A DNA stretch of 64,000 nucleotides, taken from NCBI RefSeq assembly GCF_006345805.1, contig NC_043003.1, positions 102,672,001 to 102,736,000 of the forward strand, in the 5' to 3' direction. Shown piece by piece: positions 24,520-37,769 of the stretch (positions are counted from its first letter, which is position 1; every line of letters begins with the position of its first letter). The DNA is from Octopus sinensis. Its lineage: Eukaryota. The translations under genes and the position numbers were made by a program. The notes under the pieces are model-generated. The model did not search any database. It saw only the letters and a program-made list of their open reading frames with translations, and was not told the origin of the DNA.

Positions 24520-25616
24520 TGCAACTGCTGATCAAAGGCAGCCAGAAGTGGTTTCTGAATAGACATAGATTTAAATGAAAAAAAAAACGAAACATTTGCC
24601 TTTTCATTTTTTATTTTAATCTATATATTATATATAGATGCAATGATTATTTGAAACAGAACTCAATACATTGGAGAGAGTTGACAGCTGTATTCAATAC
24701 ATAGAAAAGTGATAGTCTTCTCAGGTTTCACTGTTATCTCATCCTGTTATCTCATCATTTTTATTATATATAGACACATCATTGTCATCATAATCATCAT
24801 CATTTAAGGTCCATTTTCCATGCTGGCATAAGTAAAAATTGTTTGATAGGAGCTGGTGAACCAGAGGACTGCACTGCTCTCTGATGTCTGTTTGCTTTGG
24901 CATGGCTTCTATGACTAGATGCCCTTACAGAGTGTACTGGGTGCTTTTTACATGGTACCAGCACCAGTGAGATGATCAGGTAACATGCAATACAAAGACC
25001 CCTCCTGAAAGAGTGGAAAGTAGTATTGAGGGAGGAGGTCTTGTGTCAGTTGATTAGATGTTAGAGTATGAAGACAGAGAGAGAAATAGGTGTCTTGTTG
25101 TTGAGAAGATACTTGGCTACATCAATTCAAGAAGGAGAGAGGAGAGAAGAGAGAAAGAGAGACAGAAACAGAAGATGGTGAAGAAGCTGAGTTGGAGTGC
25201 ACACTTAAGTTACAGGGATGGGTATACAAGTAAAGAGGTACAGAGGATTGGATAGGGTGAGTGGGCATGAAGGTTCATTGAGTGAGAGTGCGAGTTTGGT
25301 GGGGAGGAATATGCAGTGAGTGAGCATCAATGGAGGGATAGGGAACATCAGTTAGGAAAATGAGTTGCTGGGGAGAGAGAGACTTGTCGGGGACAAACTA
25401 AGCCCTGGTAATTTGCAAGAGTGCAAGGGGAGAGTAGAAGATTGAGGGGAGGAGAATGCAGTAGGTGGGGAACATGGGTAGAAGGATGGAGGGGAGGTGT
25501 GGGGAACAGAAAGCTTTAACCCATTATTTACATGCTGTTATTTATAGCTTCATGTGCTTCAAGTTTCACCATTTTAAAAAAGAATTATTTCACAACCTTG
25601 CAAAGTTTCTAAATTC

Positions 25617-25659
<43 letters not shown>

Positions 25660-25717
25660 AATTTTGAACACTATCAGCACAGCATTGGTGGATAAATTTT
25701 TTTTATTTATGGGTTAA

Positions 25718-25864
25718 GGCTACCAATGGTTTCATGTTAAGGGAAGTACCTCAACAATTATGAAATCTATCACTTGCAACATCAGTGGACAAACACCAAT
25801 ATTCCCATGTGACAGGCTTGATAAGCGTTGAAGGATTCCTCTTAACATGGAACCAATGGTAGCC
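25718..25864. mobile_element. 147-bp MITE with TTAA flanks and GG termini (Kolobok-like)
   Basis: TTAA-GGCTACCAATGGTTTCATGTTAAG...CTTAACATGGAACCAATGGTAGCC-TTAA; about 24-bp TIR. Confidence 0.6.
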
Positions 25865-25904
25865 TTAACTCATAAATGAAGTATATCTATATAATATATA
25901 TATA

Positions 25905-26301
25905 CTAGCAGTATCGCTCGGCGTTGCTCGGGTTTGTAAGGGAAATAACTATATAAGCATTTTTAGAGAGTTATAGCCAAAAAATAGCAATAAAATGCAT
26001 TAAAAATGAAAAAAAAATTATGGTAAATATTTTTTTAAATCGTTGACTCATCGTAGACATTTTTAGAGAGTTACATCCCTTATATAATAGCGAAAAAATG
26101 CATTAAAATGGAAAAACATGATGGTAATTTTTTTTTAAATCGTAGACTCAGCGTAGACGCGCGCTAATACCCAGAAGGGCTCGATATGAACCACGACTAT
26201 AAGATACCCGCTTTTAGTTACACTGCACCGTAAAATGTGGGAGTAGTTAGGAATCTAAATCGTAGGAGATAGACACACAACTTAACTTTTATATATAAAG
26301 A
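25905..26301 (-). mobile_element. Non-autonomous Helitron
   Basis: The minus strand begins A|TCTTTATATATAAAA and ends with a subterminal GC-rich hairpin-like segment then CTAG|T; internal ~100-bp tandem duplication (about 25958-26158). Confidence 0.75.
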
Positions 26302-26310
26302 TATAATATA

Positions 26311-26475
26311 GGCGCAGGCGTGGCTGTGTGATAAGTAGCTTGTTTACTAACCACATGGTTCCGGGTTCAGTCCCACTGCGTGGCACCTTGGGCAAGTGTT
26401 TTCTACTATAGCCTCGGGCCGACCAAAGCCTTGTGAGTGGATTTGGTAGACGGAAACTGAAAGAAGCCCGTCGTA

Positions 26476-26523
<48 letters not shown>

Positions 26524-26735
26524 TATCTATGTTTGTGTGTCTGTGTTTGTCCCCCTAGCATTGCTTGACTGCCGATGCTGGTGTGTTTATGTCCCCGTCT
26601 CCTAGCTGTTCGGCAAAAGAGACCGATAGAATAAGTACTGGGCTTACAAAAGAATAAGTCCCGGGGTCGAGTTGCTCGATTAAAGGCGGTGCTCCAGCAT
26701 GGTCGCAGTCAAATTACTGAAACAAGTAAAAGAGT
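26311..26735 (+). mobile_element. Full-length SINE family A (tRNA-like head, CORE-like segment, internal (TA)n, 3' module); others at 36206-36590 (+), 51003-51360 (-), 39580-39780 (-) and 41712-41873 (-)
   Basis: GGCGCAGGCGTGGCTGTGTG...GGTTCAGTCCCACTGCGTGGCACCTTGGGCAAGTG; the CCTTGGGCAAGT segment resembles the CORE domain. Confidence 0.85.
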
Positions 26736-27275
26736 AATATATATATTGTCCTTTACAGCTGTTTTTTTTATGTCTTACAGTTACTTAATGACTGTACTTG
26801 TGCTACTGGCATGAGAAAGCTGCTCAGTACACACTGTAAAGTGGTTGGTGTTAGGAAGGGCATGCAGCCATAAGAACCATGCCCAAACTGATATTTGAGC
26901 TCTGTTCAGCCTTGCAGCTTACTGGGTCTTGTGAAACTATCCAATCTATGCCAGCATGAAAAGTAGGTATTAAATAAAAATGATGATGACGATATATATG
27001 CATGCATGTATATATACAATAGGTATAGGTGTGTGTATGGTTGCATGGCACTTTGAGAAAGTGTCTCATCTGTGCCCCTGGGCTGACCCAATTCTTGTTT
27101 GTGGATTTGGTTGATAGAAACAGAAAGCAATCTCTTGTGTATACATACATCCGTATATATGCACAGACACATACATATATAGATAGATATAAACATATAT
27201 GCATACATACATACAGACACATATATTTATATGTATATGTGTGTGTATGTGTGTGTGTATACATATATATATATA

Positions 27276-27361
<86 letters not shown>

Positions 27362-27385
27362 CATGCATGCATGCATGCATACATA

Positions 27386-27416
<31 letters not shown>

Positions 27417-27642
27417 CATACATACCTACATGTACAGGTATGGTGATGCAAAGAGGAAAAAATAGAACTCGAAATATGAGTATATGTATATTTTTTATTG
27501 ATTATTACAGAAACAATAAAGTGACTGAAGGTCCAAGAGTTCAGAAAGTACCAACACACAAAACTCTTGGAACTTGAGTCATTCTGTTACTTCTGCTAAA
27601 CATTAACAAATATATATGTTTGTATGTGTATATATGTATATA

Positions 27643-27912
27643 TTTTACACCCTTCTATACGTCGGATATACAGATATCCCAAAGCGGGGATAGACACAAC
27701 CGTCTTCACACGACGAACTTCGAATTACTCCACTAAACACGATACTTCAATAACTACAAACTCTCAACGATCTCATAGTTTCCCCACGACTTCCACAAAA
27801 GTTCAACGACTCCTACGACCTCTTGTTTCAACCAGTACGCTACTCTTTATAAGAGTTCGGCTAGTCCATTCTTCCAAATCCCACAGGGGTGTAAATGACT
27901 CCGGCCACAACA
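27643..27912 (-). repeat. Gypsy 3' LTR
   Basis: Direct repeat of 31927-32195, roughly 88-90% identical by eye; preceded on the minus strand by the PPT. Confidence 0.9.
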
Positions 27913-29568
27913 TCTTCCCCTTTGAGATTTACCTCCTAGGGAAGTTTAATATTTATTCCAGTTAGGCACTACTTCCAACCGTTCTGTTTGTCACCTCTTT
28001 CTTATGCTATTACGCCTAGGTTCGACTTTTGGTGCCGTTGGAACAGTAAAGGTGTCATAGAACACTTCCATGGGTATTTTTTCTCCTTTTCCGCTTATCT
28101 ATTTTTTAGTTGGTTTAAATATCTTTTGTGTTCCCAATTTTCGTCGCTTATCATATACGCCATTTTGCCTATTCGTTTTGTTACTACTCCGTCTTCCCAA
28201 CCTTCTTTCCCATTTATATATATTTTGAAAAACACCTTCTCACCTATATTAAAATACTTTGTCGTATTTCCAGCATTTTCCCTTTTTTTTTCTTACTGGT
28301 AACAGTTTGTCAACAATTGACTTTATTTTTCGAGCAAAAGACTTGTCTGAACAAGTGTTTGAGTTTGGTGTTATCCTATAAACCCTGAAGAATTCTTGTC
28401 AATGCTGCTTAATCGATTAGCTCGTTCCTTGATTTCTTTAGATGTTCTCTTAAATGCATCCACTAACCGTTCCGCTTGACCGTTTGATCTTGGGTGATAT
28501 GGCGGAGTAGAGATGTGCTCAATTGCGAACATTTTACAAAAGATTTTAAGCTAATACGCCCTAAACTCCATACCGTTATCGGATACTATGGTATCCAGGA
28601 CACCATATTTTGCAACAAGTTCATGAAGAAATTCTATTGTTACCGTAGAGGTTGGTTTCCTACATATACACATTTCCGGTCACTTAGTATAACTATCTAC
28701 TACAATTAGGTAATATGCGCCATTTACTAGTCCAGCAAAATCTATGTGAAGCCTGGTCCACGGACTGTCGGTTTTAGGCCATGGTTGGAATTTTACCGGT
28801 GGTGACTTGACTGCAAGGGCACAACTTCTGAAGGATTTCACCAATTCTTCAATGCCACGGTCCATTGTAGGCCAATATGCGTAACTTCTCATTAGTGATC
28901 TCATTCTCGAAATCCCAATATGAAATTCCTTCAGTAAACGCTTTTGTAGTCAGGCTGGTACGACGACTCTTTGTGCATACATCACACAGTGAGAAATGGT
29001 TCGCCTTTGTGCTGCGCATGTTTTTATTTTCTTTAGCCTTCAGTGTTTCTTTCATTTTTATAATGAATTTATCGTTCTCCGATTTCAATTGTATGTCTTT
29101 TAAAGTAACTGGTAGTTCACGAATGATGTTACACAAAATATTTTTAATTCAATTTTCCGCTCGCAAAGCGGTAATCACAATATCTTCAAATGGTTCCGCT
29201 TTTTTCGAAATCAGTCTTGATAGACAATACGCATGGCCTAATTTATTGGATGGAATATACTCCATCTTGAAATCGTTGTTTAATAATGTAGCCCAGCGTT
29301 GTAACCTATTAGCAGGATAAGTAGGAATTCCGCTTTTCGATCCAAATATCGATAATAACGGTTGGTGATCAGTTTGTAGACGAAAACTTCTACCATGCAA
29401 AATTCTGTGAAATTTTTTCACGGTAAAAATGATCGCTAAAACTTCTTTACCGATTTGACTCTAATTTTTCTCTGCTGATATCAGAGAATGTGAGGCATGA
29501 ACCCCCGCCTTCATGCTACCATCTTTATATTTATGTAGCATAACTGCTCCTATACTGTGCTCAGAAGC

Positions 29569-29783
29569 AAGGCGGCGAGCTGGCAAAAACGTTAGCACGC
29601 CGGGCGAAATGCGTAGCCGTATTTCGTCTGCCGTTACGTTCTGAGTTCAAATTCCGCCAAGGTCGACTTTGCCTTTCATCCTTTCGGGGACGATAAATTA
29701 AGTACCAGTTACGCACTGGGGTCGATGTAATCGACTTAATTCGTTTGTCTGTCCTTGTTTGTCCCCTCTATGTTTAGCCCCTT
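29569..29783 (+). mobile_element. SINE family B inserted in the Gypsy RNase H region
   Basis: 18-bp TSD TATACTGTGCTCAGAAGC at 29551-29568 and 29784-29801; head AGGCGGCGAGCTGGCA...TTCTGAGTTCAAATTCC. Confidence 0.9.
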
Positions 29784-31926
29784 TATACTGTGCTCAGAAG
29801 CGTCTGAAGCTAAAACAATCCCAACCAACGACAAATCAGATATTATCTTTTTAATTTTGTCAAACGCCTTTTGGCAATTTTCTGACCAATTCCATTTCAT
29901 ATCTTTTTCCAGCAAATTATTCAGTGGAGCCCTAACCTTATGCATATTTGGGATATAATTTTGGTAATAATTTGCCAGTCCTAAAATTGCTTGTAAGGTC
30001 GCTATATTAGTCTGAGGTGGTATAATTTTAATTGCGTCTGCCCTCGACCGGTCAGGTCGTCGTCCATTTCTGTGAATAGTTTGTCCTAAATATCTTATTT
30101 CTTGTAAAACAAATTCACACTTTTCTTCACTCAAGGTAAAGCCATAATACGTAATTATTTTTTCAAATGCATATCTTACGTGCTCGATGTGTTGATCCCT
30201 GGATTCACTTTTGATGAGTATATCGTTCAGATATGGAATTGCGAATTCCCAGTCCGCTAACATTACATCCATAATCTGTTGAAAAATCCCTGGTGCGACT
30301 TTTAAACCAAATGGTAACCTGTTGTACTTATACTGTCTTTTATGTGTGTTACCTGTTAGGTATTTCGAGCATTCATCGTCTACTCTAATTTGTAGGTACG
30401 CGTCAGAGAGATCCAATTTAGAAAATATCTTTCTACCGTTTAATTTCGCAAAAATATCCTCCAGAGTAGGTAGCGGTTAGTGGCACGTTTTAAGACATTC
30501 GTTTAGACCAATGGAAAAATCAGCGCACACTCTGATTTTATAATTTTCTTTTCTTAATATACACAGTTGGTGCTGCCCATTTAGAATATTTCACTTTTTG
30601 GATAACTCCAATTTTTTCTAGTCTCTCTAGTTCTTCGTTGACTTGCTTCGTCGCTGCGAAGGGTACCGTTCGTTTTGTTTTAAATTCTGGTATGACGTTC
30701 TCTTTTATTTGAAAATACGTCTTTGTCTTGGTACACAGACTTAATTTATCGCACCTAATTTTTTACTTTTTCTTTCAATTCGTCTGACGACTTGTTTTTA
30801 CTGGAGGTAAAACCATTTACGTTTTTTTCAGAACAGATTTATGGGAAGGTCCCATAAATTAAACAATTCTATCCAGTCAGTACGGAACAAGTGTGTTGCA
30901 TTTTTCAACACAAAAACTTTTGCTTTCAGGGTTTTACCCCGAAATGTAACTTCAGTTATCCTTTTGGCCCCCAAATGTAATTTTTTCCCGAGGCACTTTC
31001 CGTAATTTTTCTTATTTTTTTCTATGTGTCAGTGTTAATAATTGTAATATCACTGCCTGTATCTAACTGTAATTTCATGTTCACATTATTAATTTTTATG
31101 CACACAAACTTTCTTTTGTGAACCTCGCCTAGACTTTCTGTGGAGAAAACCTTTCCAGAATTTTTTACTCTGCAATGCGAGCTTTTATGTCTGATTTTTT
31201 GACAGTTCCTTATACGTTACAGGTCGACACATATGTATGTGAGAGTATTCCTTTTCTTCAATTTTATTTGCGTCATGTCGTAGATTAATAATTCTGTGCC
31301 ACTGCCCGCAGAGTTAAATTCTGGTCCTGTTCTAATTTTGTCAATATCCGAGCCCGTATCTCTGCATCTTTGCTTGCAGTTAACCCTTGAACAAAAATTA
31401 GACATGTGAACATGTTTGGGGTTAATTCTTTTAGTTTGAATTTTTCGTATTCTCGATTGACGACTCCGGCATAGGTGACAAAATCTTCATAATCTTTTTT
31501 AATAAATTCAAACACTCCCAGCGAATATTGAAAATTTTCGATAATAATTTAATTGTTTTATTGAAACAAATTTCAAATGATTTTGGGGGGCAGAATGTAG
31601 TTACAGTACATTTCGTGTTTGGCAGGGGATAATTTTCTTAAAAGTTGTCGTACCTTTTCATTGTCCATCCAATTTTTACATTTCTCTTTGAAGATTTCTT
31701 TATATCTTCGGAAATATGCAGAAAAAGTCATATCTTCTGGGTTATAACTAAATTCTGCAATTCAATATTAATTCCAGCAACTGTCGGTACTGTTGTTGTT
31801 GTTGTAAATACTGTTGTTGCTGTTGCAACTGCACCACGGAGGCTAATAAACCTTCCATATCAACTAATTTTTCTTTGATTTTGTATCAAAAGAAAATCTT
31901 ACGTCCGACGTAGGTTTCGTCGCTAC

Positions 31927-32195
31927 TTTTACACCCTTCTATACGTCGGATATACAGATTTCCCGAAGGGGAGATAAACACAACTGTCTTCACACGACGT
32001 GCTTCGAATTACTCCACTAAACACGATGTTTCAATAACTACAAACTTTCAACGATCTCCACATTTTCCTACGACTTCCACAAAATTTCAACGACTCCCAG
32101 AACCCTTTGTCTCAACCAGTACGCTACTCTTTATAAGAGTTCCGCTAGTCCATTCTTCCAGTCCCACAGGGGTGTCAATGACTCTCGTAACAACA
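31927..32195 (-). repeat. Gypsy 5' LTR
   Basis: Followed on the minus strand by the PBS-like sequence and gag. Confidence 0.9.
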
Positions 32196-32234
32196 ATATA
32201 TATATGGATTTGTGTGTGTATGTATGTATGTATG

Positions 32235-32279
<45 letters not shown>

Positions 32280-32428
32280 GAAATATTAAAATTACTAAGT
32301 CTCTATAATGGATACAGATCGTGTATCAATAGCTATCTTAAGGCGGTGGCCTCGTGGAGCTGACCAGCGGCAGCGATTATTCTTATATCGATAAGAATGC
32401 CATATTAATATGGCGATAACAATGTATT

Positions 32429-32965
32429 TTGAAAGATTGTCATGACCAGTTTGCTCGTAGACGGTTGATTTCTGTAGTTATTATCGGCGTTTTTTTTTTG
32501 GGGGGGGGGCCTTTTAAGTAAGAGCTTTGACTGTTATTTCAATAGGTAGGTATACTTGGTATATCCTTTAATTAATTCTAATCCTTCGGCTATTTATGCA
32601 TTTTGGGCCTGCAATCGCCTGTATTATTCATTCTGTTATTATAATTTTTAATTGTTACACTAGATAATAACAAAGTCAGTAATATCTTCGCAAACATTTT
32701 TCTCCTTAATTATTTGCTCCGTATTGAAATTGTTTTTACACTGGTGACTGCTATGGCTTGGCGCAAAACAAACCAGTTGCAGCGCAGACTTCAACGTGAC
32801 GAGTTGGGGCTTTTCATCATGGTAAAACGTGCTGAGGAAGGTGAGGCTATAATGCCAGTCCAGAAACTGGTCCACGTGAATCCAAATACCTTAATGTATG
32901 TTGAAGATTGTCTTGACCCGTTTGCTCACAGACGGTCGATTTCTGTAGTTATTATCAGTGTTTTT
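32429..32965. repeat. ~70-bp direct repeats bracketing a decayed segment (possible PLE remnant)
   Basis: GAAAGATTGTCATGACCAGTTTGCTC..AGACGGT.GATTTCTGTAGTTATTATC.G at about 32431 and 32903; the interior is not confidently translatable. Confidence 0.35.
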
Positions 32966-32993
32966 TCGGTGATTTAAATAAGAGTATATATAT

Positions 32994-33024
<31 letters not shown>

Positions 33025-33695
33025 TATATATATTCACCTTTTTGATGCGACTCTACTCTATACTGTGTTCTTCCTCTATTCTTCTCCAATTCCCTTTTTC
33101 TCCCCTCCCTCCTTCACCGTTTTCTATCTCTCTCTCTCCCCTTTCTCTTTTTTCTCTCTCTCTCTCTCTTTGCTCCCACGTGACCATTATCCATCTTTCT
33201 TTTCCTCACGTAACCATCTTTCTATTCCTGCACAGGCATTCAAAAGAGTGGACGTGTTTTTCTCTTTCTCTTCTATCTTTTCAAAAAAATCTTTCTCCCA
33301 GCGTTCACTATTTTCCTCTCGTTCTGGTCTAACGACCCTCCATGCTTGTTTTCGTTCGGTTTCCTTGTATATCTCCACTGCTCTATTTTTGTTCCCAACT
33401 TTTACCTTCCATAAAGCCAAAATTTTATTTTGATACTTACGTGAGCAACTGTCTTTGAAGACACATATTGTCGTTGAATGATTGAAATGAGGAGTAGATA
33501 GACAGTCAAAAACTGATGAAGGGTCCTTTCTTTGTGTTTACTTGTCCTGAGTTCTATTTTTTCGTTCGTTACGTATTTAACTCGTTTGTTTACGTATTTC
33601 ATGTTATTTGTACCGTTAGTGACGTCCTGTACCCATATTATGTATATATATGTATATATTTATATACATACACACATACATGTGTGTAAATTATT

Positions 33696-33748
<53 letters not shown>

Positions 33749-34192
33749 TACATATACATATATATATCTCCAGCTGGGTAACAATGTACGCCCTCTACAG
33801 CAAGATACCTGTTTCTGCCTCTCTGTCTCATCATCTGACACAAGATCACCTCCTCCCCTCTCAAGAGATTTTTGTCTGCGAGTTACTTGGTGACCCTGTC
33901 AGTGCTGGTGCTACTTAAAAAGCATCCAGTCCACACTGTAAAGTGGTTAGCGTTTGGAAGGGCATCCAGCTGTAAAAACCTTGCAAAAACTGACCTTGCC
34001 TGTGGTTGTGTCACTTAAAATGCACTCAGTTAATTCTGATGGGTGGTTGGTGTTAAGAAGGGCATCCAGTCGTAAAAGCCCTGCCAAAACAGACACAGAA
34101 GTCTGGGGCAGGTTTCTGCCTGGCCAACTCCTATCAAACCGTCCAAACTATGCCAGCACAGAAGGCGGACATTAAACAATGATGATGATGAT

Positions 34193-34260
<68 letters not shown>

Positions 34261-34563
34261 ATATATAATATATTTGATTCTCTAAACTCTTTGAATGTTC
34301 CAATGTCCTGGTTGCTGCTTATGGTAGAGCTATGTTCCATAACATCAAGGAGGATTACCCCTTCCCATGCCCAACAATCATAACTATGACTTATAGTGCT
34401 ATGACAAGAAGACAGAAACATATGCATGTGTATATACATACATACACACATATATGCATACAACATATACATACGTACATATATACGTACTTACATACAT
34501 ACATACATCAATTCAATAAAATTCCTTAAACTCGAACTCATGAACCCCACTCCAAATCTACAT

Positions 34564-34922
34564 GTGGAGGCGCAATGGCCCAATGGTAAGGGCAGCGGAC
34601 TCGCGGTCGGAGGATCGCGGTTTCAATTCCCAGACCGGGCGTTGTGTGTGTTTATTGAGTGAAAACACGAGGCTCTGGCAGAGGGTGGTGGCGACCCCTG
34701 TTGTACTCTTTCACTCCAACTTTCTCTCACTCTTTCTTCCTGTTTCTTGTCTCCGACTTCCTACGCAACCGCTGAGCCTGGACGCGCATTCAGCCATCCG
34801 TCGATGCTCTCGGTGTCGGGGGTTGACCTGCTCTCTCTTCTGCGGGTCTTACGAATAGCAAAGGACCACGTTTCGGACTTCTCCCACTGGACGAAGACCG
34901 CTACACTCAACAGCAACAGCAA
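34564..34922 (+). mobile_element. tRNA(Arg)-like-headed SINE family C
   Basis: Same element as 24141-24519 with a short internal deletion; CAACAGCAACAG tail. Confidence 0.85.
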
Positions 34923-35399
34923 ATCTACATAGACAAAACATAAGAAGTGACTCTAAAGTAAAATTTCAGTGTGCACTAAAACAGGGGTACAAACTGTTAA
35001 CCCCCACATTTTTTCCTCTTTGACTTACCCAAAAAATTCTTTTTAATATTTGATAAGATGGATACATTGAAACCGGTTGTATTTTAAATCACTCTCCATC
35101 ACAAATATATTAAACATCCTCTAAAAATATACTTCTTTGCCTTTTCCAACTTTATTTACTTTTTTAATCATAATTTTTTATTTGTATGGATTTTTAACTT
35201 CTCTTTCAACAATCTCTCTCTCTCTCTCTCCTCTCTCTATCTATCTATCTATCTCTCTCTTTCTCTCTCTCTCTCTCTCTATCTATATATATATGTTATA
35301 TATATATATACACATATATAAGTATATATATATGTTTACATATATATAAGTATGTATAGATATATATGTGTATATATATGTGTGTATATGTAATATATA

Positions 35400-35442
<43 letters not shown>

Positions 35443-35486
35443 CATATACACACACATGCACACACACACATATATAGATAGATATA

Positions 35487-35575
<89 letters not shown>

Positions 35576-35604
35576 ATACAATATGTTACATTACTCGGTA
35601 GTCA

Positions 35605-35667
35605 AGATAAAACTCTGAGTTTCAGATGCCGAAGTGGAAATCCACAACACCATCTCTTCGGTTATCT
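35605..35667 (-). ncRNA. Type I hammerhead motif with extended stem II (inverted copy)
   Basis: Reverse complement of 35984-36046 with one substitution in stem II. Confidence 0.65.
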
Positions 35668-35778
35668 GGCTATTTGAAAACGTTATGAAAAAATACCGTT
35701 AAAAATGAAGGGAAATTACTCTGTTATAACTCTGCTTTGCCTGAGAAGTAAGCTTCTTACCACACAACCACTCCTGCA

Positions 35779-35811
<33 letters not shown>

Positions 35812-35983
35812 ATAAAACGGTAAGATAACAAAAGAAATATTTTTATATATTTTTATGTATTTTTATATAATTTTTATGACGAAAAATGCGAGCGATGTAT
35901 AAGTACGCAGGCAAAGCAGAGTTATAACAGAGTAATTTCCCTTCATTTTTAACGGTATTTTTTCATAACGTTTTCAAATAGCC

Positions 35984-36046
35984 AGATAACCGAAGAGATG
36001 GTGTTGTGGATTTCCACTTCAGCATCTGAAACTCAGAGTTTTATCT
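35984..36046 (+). ncRNA. Type I hammerhead motif with extended stem II (core CCGAAGA)
   Basis: AGAUAA-CCGAAGA-GAUG[GUGUU-GUGGA-UU-UCCAC-UUCAG]CAUC-U-GAAAC-UCAGA-GUU-UUAUCU gives a 6-bp stem I, helix III ACU/AGU and a GUU site. Predicted cleavage is after 36040. Confidence 0.7.
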
Positions 36047-36144
36047 TGACTACCGAGTAATGTAACATATTGTATAGATAAATTTCCTCTATTTACATAA
36101 TATTGAGGTCTCTTTCTTTCTTTTGTTATCTTACCGTTTTATCA

Positions 36145-36208
<64 letters not shown>

Positions 36209-37043
36209 TGCAGGAGTGGTTGTGTGGTAAGAAGCTTACTTCTCAACAACATGTTTCCGAGTTCAGTCCTACTGCATGGCACTTTGGGCAAGTGTCTTCT
36301 GCTATACCCTTGGGCCAACCAAAACCTTGTGAGTGGATTTGGGAGACAGAAACTGAAAAAGGCCCATACATATATATATATGTATATATTTGTGTGTGTG
36401 TTTGTCCCTCCACCATCCCTTGACAACTGATGTTGGTGTGTTTATGTCCCTGTAACCTAGCAGTTTGGCAAGAGAGACCAATAGAATAAGTACTAGGCTT
36501 ACAAAGAATAAGTCCTGGGGTCGATTTGTTTGACTAAATATGGTGCTCCAGCATGGCCACAGTCAAATGACTGAAACAAGTAAAAGAATAAAAGAATATA
36601 TATATATATACATCAATCGTTGGCTAGCATTGAGAAATGGATGTAAAAACAAACAAATGAATGAATGATCAATGTATTTATATATATAATTATCATCCTC
36701 ATCATTTGGTGTCTGTTTTCCATTCTGGCATGGATAAGACAGCTTGACTGGAAATGGTAAGCCAGAGAGCTGCACCAAGCACTAGTCTGTATTGGCATGG
36801 CTGGATGCCCTTTCTAATGCCAACCACTTCATAGAGTGTACTGGGTCTCCTTCACATGTCACCAGCATGGGTGCCTTCAAGGTGTCACTGGCACAGACGA
36901 CTCTTACATGTCACTGGCACGGGTGTCTTTCACGTATCACCAACACTGGCCATAATTATGATTTTGTATAAGGAAATATATAACGTATATACATGTAGAT
37001 AGATAGAGAGAGAGAAGGGGGAGCGAGAGAGGCAGATAGAGAG

Positions 37044-37084
<41 letters not shown>

Positions 37085-37769
37085 CAAACAGATAGTATCA
37101 AAATACTATAAATATATGTCTATATTTGGTAATGAAGTCCATTCACTGCAGATGTCCATTACCATAGATATCAAGTAAAATATATATTAATTGTTTTTTA
37201 CAATTATTCATCCCAAAATCTCAGCCAAATCTAAGTCTTCACCCAAAGTTTGCTCTAGAAGTTAATTAACAAAAATTATCAATAAAGAAAAGATGAATAT
37301 ATTGTAAAAAGTTAATAATTATACAATAAGATAAGTTACATGAGTAAATAAACAGAAAAGAAAAAATATCAAAAGAATATATTACAAATCCTTTAAAAGA
37401 TCTTTCTTCCTGATAATATAAGCCAATGATACAAGAGCTAACAGGATTTTAAAGAAACATAAAAACAATTGTTATTATATGGTGAATATCATTAATAACA
37501 TGTAAAATGAACAAAAAAGTAATTAATTAAATTCTAAAAATTAATAATTTAATTAAACTCATGGTCAGCTTCAATCCTTGTGGTTTATCGTTTTAATTGT
37601 TTTTGGTTTGATATATGATATGTGTGTGTTTCTACACATATACGTTGTCAGGTTTGATCAATTTGAAAAGAAGCATACTAAATAGTTTTGAAAAAGGAAA
37701 TATTTAAAATGAGGAATTTTTCATTTGAATTTGGTAGAGTTCGGTCAAAGAAATGGGCAGTAAGATGAT

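Larger units (their letters stand above)
27643..32195 (-). mobile_element. Near full-length decayed Ty3/Gypsy LTR retrotransposon
   Basis: Two ~270-bp LTRs (27643-27912, 31927-32195) starting TG on the minus strand, ATATA on both flanks, PPT AAAGGGGAAGA and degenerate PBS TAGCGACGA (resembling the tRNA-Ser-type TGGCGACGAGG). Domains in order: gag (FKLKEL..FTCLIFVQGL), PR (LDTGSD), RT (DLSDAYLQ..RLPFG..YLND), RNase H (TDHQPL), IN (RSYAYWP..C..C, HIDFAG, VSDNG, SNGQAER). Confidence 0.95.

Noticed and set aside
33495-33530. CTGATGAAGGG motif in a pLTR-like repeat
   Set aside because: There is no stem II partner or downstream GAAAC/NUH.
34735-34830. HDV-like L3 resemblance (UUCCUACGC) inside SINE family C
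   Set aside because: There is no P1 partner or P1.1 GG; it folds as a simple hairpin closed by CCGAC/GUCGG.
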